Program-made: the position numbers and the translations under genes
Assembly (NCBI GenBank): GCA_016839945.1
Contig: JAEOTE010000134.1
Span: forward strand, 1-24,668
Reading direction: 5' to 3'
DNA length: 24,668 bases
From: Candidatus Heimdallarchaeota archaeon
GTDB taxonomy: Archaea > Asgardarchaeota > Heimdallarchaeia > Heimdallarchaeales > Heimdallarchaeaceae
Shown: positions 1-7,171 of the stretch, piece by piece
Position numbering within the stretch: position 1 is the first letter of the stretch
How the letters are laid out: each line of letters starts with the position of its first letter
The notes under the pieces: model-generated
What the model was told of the DNA's origin: nothing
The model's input: only the letters and a program-made list of their open reading frames with translations
The model's database searches: none

Positions 1-204
1 GATCCTAGAAAACACGGACAAGAACCTTGTATGCTTTATATCTTCTTTCCTAGAGATTACTTCTTCTTATTCACTAATAGAGACGAAGTTGAGGAATTCA
101 TAAATAAACAAATAGAAAGCTGGGAGAATATAGATAACATTACAGAAGATGCTCGTGAATATTTTGTTAAAGAGCTCCAAGAAGTAATTAAGAATCAGAT
201 TTAA
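1..204 (+). CDS. 3' end of a hypothetical protein (truncated by window edge)
   Basis: Frame 1 is open from base 1 (DPRKHGQEPCMLYIFFPRDYFFLFTNRDEVEEFINKQIESW...KNQI) to TAA at 202-204; protein-like composition; convergent with the SSB gene. Confidence 0.7.
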   Translation, partial: DPRKHGQEPCMLYIFFPRDYFFLFTNRDEVEEFINKQIESWENIDNITEDAREYFVKELQEVIKNQI

Positions 205-261
205 ATTTTACAAAAAAGAAGAGATAAGTAAGGAATTACTTATTTTACATTCTTCTAAGTT

Positions 262-690
262 CTAATCATAGCTTCTGTTGTAATTTGATCTATTTTGATT
301 TGGTCTTCTACGATATCTTCTTGTATCTTCATGTTCTTGGTCTGAGAGGTTATTTTCCATATCTATTTTTTTAATTTTCTTATCAGAACTTTCTATATAT
401 CCTTCTCTACCTAGAGATAATCTAATATGTCTTTGGAATAGAATAGTTTTGGAGTTCAAAAATTGATAAATTTCATTTTCACTAATTTCTTCTATTTGTT
501 CATTCCATGCTGAGAAATAGACAGTACCTGTTTCATCTCCAATTAAAACGTCCATAACTTTATGTTCTTCCCCAGTATTTCTGTTTGTCACTTCGCGTAC
601 TTCTCCCAATTGTATAATTTTGGCAAGTAAATTTAATTCTCGAGTATTAGGAGATAATTCATTAACTTTAATATAATTAATTTCACTCAA
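262..690 (-). CDS. ssb: Single-stranded DNA-binding protein, single OB fold (Sulfolobus SSB/hSSB1-like)
   Basis: KVNELSPN...IGDETGTVYFSAW...LSLGREGYI parallels crenarchaeal SSB (VGDETGRVKLTLW); Arg-rich disordered C-tail; TTG start preceded by GTGA. Confidence 0.88.
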   Translation of the reverse strand: MSEINYIKVNELSPNTRELNLLAKIIQLGEVREVTNRNTGEEHKVMDVLIGDETGTVYFSAWNEQIEEISENEIYQFLNSKTILFQRHIRLSLGREGYIESSDKKIKKIDMENNLSDQEHEDTRRYRRRPNQNRSNYNRSYD

Positions 691-844
691 TTTATATCAC
701 TTTATTTCTTGATTATACAGTAAAATTCACGAAATTTTACCGTTTCAGTTTAATAAACTAGTTTATTTTTAATAATATTTTGATTGATACGAAATCCAAG
801 TGCAAAAAGTTATTAGAAATATAGTATATAGTGAAATCATGTAT

Positions 845-1081
845 ATGAGCATATTCAGGAGATTACAAGGAATAATTGCTAATATCGCAGATGTTAGAAA
901 AAAGAATCTTACAAATAACACATACATTCAAGATGATTTAGGATTGGATGAAGATGATTTAGCAGAACTAGTTCTAGCAATTGAAGAAGAATTTGATGTT
1001 AATCTACCAAAAAATATCTTCAAAGAATTTAACACAATAGGAGAAATAATTGGTTTTATTGAAGCAGAAATGGGGAGATAA
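845..1081 (+). CDS. Acyl carrier protein-like, lacking the phosphopantetheine-attachment Ser
   Basis: IQDDLGLDEDDLAELVLAIEEEFD...FNTIGEII aligns with ACP ([24 protein letters not shown]...ITTVQAAI); small acidic protein. ATG at 845 (or 839) preferred over GTG at 800. Confidence 0.85.
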   Translation: MSIFRRLQGIIANIADVRKKNLTNNTYIQDDLGLDEDDLAELVLAIEEEFDVNLPKNIFKEFNTIGEIIGFIEAEMGR

Positions 1082-1090
1082 TTTATTTTT

Positions 1091-2149
1091 TTAACAGTAG
1101 TATTGATTAAATATCTCCATTGTTTTTTCTTCAAAAAGTTTAAGATTTTCTAAAGATGGTTTGTTATTACCATCATCAATTTTTTGGACTAAATTAGTAA
1201 TAAATTCATTTAAAGGAGTTTGAATCCCATATTTTTTACCTAACTCAACAATATGTCCATTCATGTACGGTATTTCAGTTGGTAATCCTCTTTCATAAAA
1301 ACCTAAATTTGCCGACCTAAGTTTTTTATTTTGTTTTCCTATTATTTTGATTATTAACATTTTAAGCCATAAACTAAAAGGTAAGATTTTTCGTTGCTTT
1401 TTTAGCAAAGCTAATGATTCAAAGCTTATGTTATTTAATTTTGGTAAATTCAATCCCATTTTGTGTGCAATTTTTACTCCTTCAGTCAGATTTACGAGAA
1501 AAGCGATTCTCACTGGTTTTCGTTTTAAAAGCTCTCCTATAGCAAGTCCACTAAAAGCTCCTGTTGATGCCGTTGTGATGTTTATCAACAGTTTAGAGAA
1601 TTTATTACTAGTAATATCATCTGACCAACTAGTTTTAGCAGTATTTGAAATTGATTGATGTATTTCTTTATCAAATTGTCTTTTTTTACCCTTTAGTCTA
1701 CCAAGAACTATTTCTCCCTCATTGGTTCGTTCAGATTTTCCATAACCTCTCCAAATAGCATTAAAGCTGATTACACACCCTAGAATATTTTCAGGTGGGA
1801 GTATTTCTGCTATTTTCTCCTCAATCATACCATTTGTAAAATTAACTAGAGTAAAATCCTCACTTAGTGTAGCTTTGAGTCTATTGACTGCATCCAAAGC
1901 ATTGTCTATTTTAGTTATCAAAAAAACTACATCAATATCTTTTGGTAAATCTTCAATGTTTGAGAATGGAATAAGATTCTCTTTTACTGTAAATTCACCT
2001 CTAGCACCACTAATAGATAAACCATTTTCTTTTATTGATTGGATAGTTTCTGGAACCTTATCAACTACATGAACAATTTTACCTGCTCTTGCCATGTTTG
2101 CGATTATAATTGAACCAATTGAACCAGCTCCAATTACAGCAAGCTTCAT
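1091..2149 (-). CDS. Ketopantoate reductase (PanE/ApbA) family oxidoreductase, copy 1
   Basis: Rossmann GAGSIG, ITK, FTNG, SKLLIN (catalytic Lys) and TEIPYMNG (catalytic Glu), GIQTPLN. Confidence 0.88.
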   Translation of the reverse strand: MKLAVIGAGSIGSIIIANMARAGKIVHVVDKVPETIQSIKENGLSISGARGEFTVKENLIPFSNIEDLPKDIDVVFLITKIDNALDAVNRLKATLSEDFTLVNFTNGMIEEKIAEILPPENILGCVISFNAIWRGYGKSERTNEGEIVLGRLKGKKRQFDKEIHQSISNTAKTSWSDDITSNKFSKLLINITTASTGAFSGLAIGELLKRKPVRIAFLVNLTEGVKIAHKMGLNLPKLNNISFESLALLKKQRKILPFSLWLKMLIIKIIGKQNKKLRSANLGFYERGLPTEIPYMNGHIVELGKKYGIQTPLNEFITNLVQKIDDGNNKPSLENLKLFEEKTMEIFNQYYC

Positions 2150-2219
2150 TTGATGGATATTTAATTAAAGAAAAATAAGTGTTTTGAATTATTCATGAAA
2201 AATAAAAAATGTTGAGAAG

Positions 2220-3494
2220 TTAGAGAAGTTTTTCTCCTTCTTCTAAACTCAGCATAGTTAAACCACTAATCATCTTAGGATAGAAATCTGTGGATTTTTG
2301 TGGCATTCTTTCTTGATTCTTAGCAACTTTAAGAACTTGTGATGCTTTTGTTGGATTTAAGAAAAATGCGACTTTGTATTTACCTTGATCTACTTTTTCA
2401 ATCGCATCTTTTTCCCATCGCTCATAAAAAATGTCATCATCAATATGTAAATCTCCTAATCCCATTATTCCATGGAAGATCATATCTCGAAGTATAACTA
2501 CATCTAAGTCGTTGAAATCATCACTCACATCTTGAATAAATCTGTTAATATCCGATGGATTCCTCATTATCATAGAATATGCTTTATCATCTTGATAAAA
2601 GACAAAAGTATGTTTGTCAGAATTTTCTTCTAGAAAATTAGAGATATTAGATGGAACAATTTCATCCATGTCAAAGAATTGTCTGAACTCATTCATGTTG
2701 TTTTCAGAAACTTTAACTTTTGCTAAGCAGCGGTGAGTAGCAAGTATAATTAATCCTTCATCTTCAACAGGAACTAAATATGTCATTCTAAAATTATAAA
2801 CATCATTATCATCCCAGTCGTCAGCTTGATCTCTTCTCATATTTCTATATGTAACAGCTGTTTCATATCTATGATGTCCATCTGCTATCACTAGTTGCTG
2901 GTCTTCAAAGACTTGTTGAACAATTCTAATTTTCTCTGAGTCAGTTATTTTCCATATTTTGTTCAAAACACCTAAATCATCTTTTCCTTCTATCATAGGA
3001 GTTTTTTCCAAGCATTCATCGAACAGTTCTATTGTTTTTTTCTCAGGATCAGAATATAGAATAAATCCAGTTTCTAATGTATGGCGAGTGGTTTTCAACA
3101 TATTTAGTCTATCAATTTTAGGTCCCTTGTGTGTTTTTTCGTGAGGTAAAACAATATCTTCTTCAAAAGGATGTAATCTTAAAGCACCAATAAATCCTTT
3201 TCTTACGTATTTTTTACCAAAAAGCTCAAACTCTTGATAATAAACATATAAACCAGGTACACCATCTTCTGCTAGAATTTCTTCTTCTAACCATTGTCCC
3301 AATCTTTGTTTAGAAATCTCATAACGGTTTTCTTCGATTGGTAAAGTTAATCTGCAGTAGTTATATTCGGATTGAGCATAATATTTTTCTTGCATTTCAG
3401 CATCAATTTTATCATAAGGTTGTACTATTAGTTTCTCGATATCTCCGGCTTTGCCAGTATATCTTATTGCCTTAAATGGTCTGATATCTACCAT
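2220..3494 (-). CDS. DUF1015 family protein (ParB/SerK-like fold)
   Basis: MVDIRPFKAIRY, QPYD, VLPHEKT, IADGHHRYETA and MPQKSTDFYPK are characteristic DUF1015 motifs. ATG at 3494 chosen over TTG at 3503. Confidence 0.9.
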   Translation of the reverse strand: MVDIRPFKAIRYTGKAGDIEKLIVQPYDKIDAEMQEKYYAQSEYNYCRLTLPIEENRYEISKQRLGQWLEEEILAEDGVPGLYVYYQEFELFGKKYVRKGFIGALRLHPFEEDIVLPHEKTHKGPKIDRLNMLKTTRHTLETGFILYSDPEKKTIELFDECLEKTPMIEGKDDLGVLNKIWKITDSEKIRIVQQVFEDQQLVIADGHHRYETAVTYRNMRRDQADDWDDNDVYNFRMTYLVPVEDEGLIILATHRCLAKVKVSENNMNEFRQFFDMDEIVPSNISNFLEENSDKHTFVFYQDDKAYSMIMRNPSDINRFIQDVSDDFNDLDVVILRDMIFHGIMGLGDLHIDDDIFYERWEKDAIEKVDQGKYKVAFFLNPTKASQVLKVAKNQERMPQKSTDFYPKMISGLTMLSLEEGEKLL

Positions 3495-3576
3495 AATAAT
3501 CAAACAAGCTCATAATAGACTCTATTTTAATTTTTTTATTAGAATATGAAAAACTCACATAATAGAAGTATTAATT

Positions 3577-3623
3577 TTATGATATACCATTTACTTATGA
3601 TATACCGTGTTTTTGATATATCA
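3577..3623. promoter_or_regulatory. Three copies of a TGATATA(C/T)C quasi-palindromic box, putative transcription factor sites
   Basis: TTATGATATACC at 3577-3588 and 3595-3606 (exact 12-bp direct repeat, 18-bp period); perfect palindrome TGATATATCA at 3614-3623. Confidence 0.65.
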
Positions 3624-3625
3624 TT

Positions 3626-3640
3626 GAAAATATTTAAAAT
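3626..3640 (+). promoter_or_regulatory. Putative BRE/TATA promoter of the actin-like gene
   Basis: GAAAA followed by TATTTAAAAT, TATA about 25-30 nt upstream of ATG 3663, as expected for a leaderless or short-leader archaeal transcript. Confidence 0.55.
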
Positions 3641-3662
3641 AAATATGAGAAATCTGGTAATT

Positions 3663-5123
3663 ATGTCAAAATCTGCACAGAACAGCAAACCAAAACATTG
3701 TGGCAAAACCATGATGAGAATTTATATTAGAAAGGGTACTGAGAAAAGAAAGTGGATACCTATTGGTTATTATTGTAATGAATGTTCAAAAATGATAAAA
3801 GATTCAGATTTGATTCCAACACGAAAAATAGATGAGATTCAAGGAGCAGGACCCAAGCTAGTAAATAAAGTTTCAAAACATCAAATTGTTGTTTTAGATT
3901 TAGGATACAGTCTTACCAAAGTTGGTTTTTCTGGAGAAAAAGAACCCAGATTCATTTTTGATACAGCCATATATCTTTCAGAAACAGGTGAATCATTTAT
4001 CCAAAAATCAGATGTAATTGAAAGAAAGAGGATCATTAATTTACGAAAGCAGATTTTCGAAACTAAAGAGAATATGGAAATTAATAAAGATAATTTAGAA
4101 ATCTTCCTTATTCATGTTTTTGAAGCATTAGAAATTAGTCCAACAAACAAATCAATCCTTGTTATAGAAAAGCATCACCAAAGTAATTATGCAGACTACT
4201 TCAAAGGAAGAATTGATGTAATCAATAACTGCACATTACCAGAAAAAACAAAAGAATCCCTAAAAGCTGAAAAAAGAGTAGACTTTGTTGATTATTCCAA
4301 AAATACAATTTCTCATCGAAGAACTATAGCTTCGATGTTATTTGATCAATTTAATATTGCAAAAGTGTATTTTTCAAATGGTGAACTACTTACTCTTTAC
4401 TCAAAAAAACATGTAACAGGTGTTGTTGTGAATATCGGTGCATTGACTTCACGCATTGTTCCAATCTATGAAGGATATATTATTTCCCATAGTGTGAGTG
4501 TTCGAGATTATGGAGGGTATGATGTAGAAGAACAGCTCTATAATTACATTCAAGAAAAGGGAGTTGAGTTGAATGATTCCAATTCTAGAGCTTACATTAT
4601 TCAAAAAAATATCCGATTAGCTTCTGAAGAACATCTCTATGTTTCACTAGATGAAAAAGAAGAACAAAACAAATGGTTAGAATCTGATAAGTTGATAAGA
4701 TCAATCAATATCATCAATGAAACTTACACAATGCTAGATGAAATTAGATTCAAAGCTCCTGAAATCCTTTTCAAGAACGAGCAACTGAGTATAATTAAGA
4801 AACAAGGAAGTTTAGCTGATGCAGTTATAGAAACTATTCAAAAATGCGATAAAGATTTAACTAAAGCATTGTATTCCAACATTATACTTTCTGGAGGAGG
4901 AACAATGTATGAAGGATTTAAAGAAAGGTTCATTCTGGATATGAAGAAGAAACTTCCTGAACACATTGTTATTAATGTTACAGCTGATTCTGATCGATTA
5001 ATCTCTACATGGATTGGGGGATCAATACTTGCAGGATTGAAAGTTTTTGAAGAAAAAGGATTATGGGTATCTAAAGCTGAATATAATGAAAAAGGTTCAT
5101 CAGCCGTAGATAGATGTATCTAG
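3663..5123 (+). CDS. Divergent actin-related protein with N-terminal zinc ribbon and HhH-like motif
   Basis: Actin signatures: VVLDLGYSLTKVGFSGEKEP, VPIYEGY, RFKAPEILF, KCDKDL..LYSNIILSGG.TMY, STWIGGSILA, WVSKAEYNE.G...V.RC. Start moved from 3546 to 3663 because the upstream stretch contains the repeat boxes and TATA. Confidence 0.93.
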   Translation: MSKSAQNSKPKHCGKTMMRIYIRKGTEKRKWIPIGYYCNECSKMIKDSDLIPTRKIDEIQGAGPKLVNKVSKHQIVVLDLGYSLTKVGFSGEKEPRFIFDTAIYLSETGESFIQKSDVIERKRIINLRKQIFETKENMEINKDNLEIFLIHVFEALEISPTNKSILVIEKHHQSNYADYFKGRIDVINNCTLPEKTKESLKAEKRVDFVDYSKNTISHRRTIASMLFDQFNIAKVYFSNGELLTLYSKKHVTGVVVNIGALTSRIVPIYEGYIISHSVSVRDYGGYDVEEQLYNYIQEKGVELNDSNSRAYIIQKNIRLASEEHLYVSLDEKEEQNKWLESDKLIRSINIINETYTMLDEIRFKAPEILFKNEQLSIIKKQGSLADAVIETIQKCDKDLTKALYSNIILSGGGTMYEGFKERFILDMKKKLPEHIVINVTADSDRLISTWIGGSILAGLKVFEEKGLWVSKAEYNEKGSSAVDRCI

Positions 5124-5133
5124 TAGCAATAAA

Positions 5134-6186
5134 CTATTCCAAATTCCATACTTTCCTTGTTTTTTCTTCTAATAATTTCAGATTTGAGAGGGAAGGTTTT
5201 GTTTTTCCTTCTTCTATCTCATGTACTAAATCTACTATGAATTTATTTAATGGAGTTTCAACGTTGTATTTTTCTCCTTGTTCTACAAGGTATCCATTTA
5301 GATAATCCACTTCTGTTTTTTCTCCCTCACTTAAAGATACAAGACTTGAAGTGTATAAATTCTTGTACTTTCTTCCCACTATTTTCATTATTAGTTGCTT
5401 TTTCATATGTTTTAAGGAAATCCCTTTCAGTTCCTTAGAAGTTAGAGCTAGAGTTTCAAATCTAATTTGATTCAAACGTTGTAGTTTGATTCCCTTAGCT
5501 TGAGCTATTTTAATTCCTTCAGTTAGTACTGCTAAGAAAGCTAAACGAGTTCCTTTTCTCTTCAGTTTTTCACCAAGTGTCATACCACTAACCATACCAA
5601 AAGAGGATGTATTAGTATTAATAAGAAGTTTAGTAAATTTAACATCCAAGATATTATCTGACCAACTAGTTGGTTCAATGTTTGATAGAATATTTAGGAG
5701 TTTTTCATCAATTTCTTGTTTGACACCTTTTATTCTACCTATTACTATTTCTCCTTTTGATGTTTTTTCAGATTCAGCTGGACCTATTCTTGTTGCTGCA
5801 AAACTTATTATGCAACTTAGTAATTGATTTGGTTTAAATCTTTCTTGTAACTTTTCTTCGAGTATTCCATTACTCATAACCATCAATGTAGCGTTTTCAG
5901 ACAGTTTGTTCTCAACACGTGTTATAGCATCTTCAGCATGAGTAAGTTTAGTTATTACGATTGCTAAATCCAGATCTTCAGGCAGTTCTTCTATTGTAAG
6001 TACAGGAAAAATATTTTCTTTTACAATGTAATCCCCACTCACTCCTGTAATTTTTAATCCCCTGTTCTTAATAGCTTCTAAAACTGGTTTTTCTCTACAA
6101 GCAGTATGAATTGGGAAACCATTTTTTGCGAAATTGGCAGCTATTATAGTCCCAATAGCACCTATTCCAATAACAGCAGTTTTCAT
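5134..6186 (-). CDS. Ketopantoate reductase (PanE/ApbA) family oxidoreductase, copy 2
   Basis: GIGAIG, ITK, MSNG, TKLLIN, TEVDYLNG, VETPLN; clear paralog of 1091..2149. Confidence 0.88.
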   Translation of the reverse strand: MKTAVIGIGAIGTIIAANFAKNGFPIHTACREKPVLEAIKNRGLKITGVSGDYIVKENIFPVLTIEELPEDLDLAIVITKLTHAEDAITRVENKLSENATLMVMSNGILEEKLQERFKPNQLLSCIISFAATRIGPAESEKTSKGEIVIGRIKGVKQEIDEKLLNILSNIEPTSWSDNILDVKFTKLLINTNTSSFGMVSGMTLGEKLKRKGTRLAFLAVLTEGIKIAQAKGIKLQRLNQIRFETLALTSKELKGISLKHMKKQLIMKIVGRKYKNLYTSSLVSLSEGEKTEVDYLNGYLVEQGEKYNVETPLNKFIVDLVHEIEEGKTKPSLSNLKLLEEKTRKVWNLE

Positions 6187-6200
6187 AAAAAAACAATAAG

Positions 6201-6225
6201 TGAGGAAAGTCTTAAATTTTCCTCA
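6201..6225. promoter_or_regulatory. Inverted repeat between serA-like and panE-like genes (terminator hairpin or operator)
   Basis: TGAGGAAA-N9-TTTCCTCA with perfect 8-bp arms; on the minus strand it is followed by a T-rich run immediately before ATG 6186. Confidence 0.5.
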
Positions 6226-6235
6226 TGATATTAGA

Positions 6236-7159
6236 CTATAAATCTTTGAAAGCTTCTATAACTCTTTCAGCAGCTTGAACACTTGCTCGATAGTTTCCTT
6301 CAGCTGTTTGAGCACCTATGTGTGGACTGATTATAACGTGTTCATGTGTTAATAGTGGGTTGTCAGCACTAGGAGGTTCTTTCTCAAAAACATCTGTACA
6401 GTAATAACCTAGTTGTCCAGATACTAATGCGTCATAAGCTGCTTTTTCGTCAACAATTCCTCCTCTTGCGCAATTAACTAACACTGCTCCTTTTTTCATA
6501 AGATTGAACTGATCTGCACCAATCATATTTTTGGTTTCATCTGTTAGAGGAAGATGTAAGCTAATATAATCAGCTTCTTTCAGAATCTCTTCCATAGAAG
6601 GCTTCATATCGACTACAGGATTTTCAGGAACATATGCGTCATAACCTATTGCGTCCATTCCAAGAGCTTTACATTTAACAGCTAAACTGGTACCTATTCG
6701 TCCTGTTCCAATTAATCCTAGTGTTTTACCATCTATTTCTCTTGAAAAAAGTTCCTTTTTCATTGATTTGAATGATTCTGGATTAGATTTAATTTCGCAA
6801 GTACCTTTTACAACATCTCTAGTTGAGGAAAGTATCATTGTTAAAGCTAATTCAGCAACACTGTTAGTAGTTGCCGCAGGTGTGTTTACCACTTTTATCC
6901 CTCTATTCATTGTTACTTCTAAATCAATATTATCGAGTCCGACACCTGCTCTTCCTATTACTTTAAGGTTGATTGCTTTTTCTAACAATTCTCCTCTTAC
7001 TTTTGTTGCAGAACGGATTATTATCGCATCATATTCACCAATGATTTGAGGTAATTCTTCTTTTGGTATATCCCAACCTACTTTGACTTCAAAACCTGCA
7101 TTTTCAAGTATTTCTATTACTTTTTCGTTTAATTTGTCACTTAATAATATCTTAGGCAT
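6236..7159 (-). CDS. serA: D-3-phosphoglycerate dehydrogenase-like 2-hydroxyacid dehydrogenase (short form, no ACT domain)
   Basis: IIRSATKV, RAGVGLDNID, GLIGTGRIG, LVNCARG, DVFEKEP, SPHIGAQT; GGAGG RBS at 7167-7171; directly downstream of a class V aminotransferase. Confidence 0.85.
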   Translation of the reverse strand: MPKILLSDKLNEKVIEILENAGFEVKVGWDIPKEELPQIIGEYDAIIIRSATKVRGELLEKAINLKVIGRAGVGLDNIDLEVTMNRGIKVVNTPAATTNSVAELALTMILSSTRDVVKGTCEIKSNPESFKSMKKELFSREIDGKTLGLIGTGRIGTSLAVKCKALGMDAIGYDAYVPENPVVDMKPSMEEILKEADYISLHLPLTDETKNMIGADQFNLMKKGAVLVNCARGGIVDEKAAYDALVSGQLGYYCTDVFEKEPPSADNPLLTHEHVIISPHIGAQTAEGNYRASVQAAERVIEAFKDL

Positions 7160-7171
7160 TTTATTTCCTCC

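Noticed and set aside
1-204. Possible longin/uDENN-like fold in the truncated first ORF
   Set aside because: Only a vague strand-helix-helix impression from 67 residues; not supportable without a profile search.
3577-3623. Mini-CRISPR or iteron interpretation of the short direct repeats
   Set aside because: Repeats of 10-12 bp with 6-8 bp gaps are far too short for CRISPR, and no cas or rep gene is present.
3546-3662. 39 aa N-terminal extension of the actin ORF from ATG 3546
   Set aside because: Overlaps the repeat boxes and BRE/TATA and has intergenic-like composition; ATG 3663 fits better (ATG 3645 not fully excluded).
5100-5123. Actin C-terminal Cys (VDRCI) as a prenylation/ICMT substrate linked to the ICMT-like gene
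   Set aside because: Not a CaaX arrangement; it simply matches the normal actin ending (RKCF), and the methyltransferase is 7 kb away.
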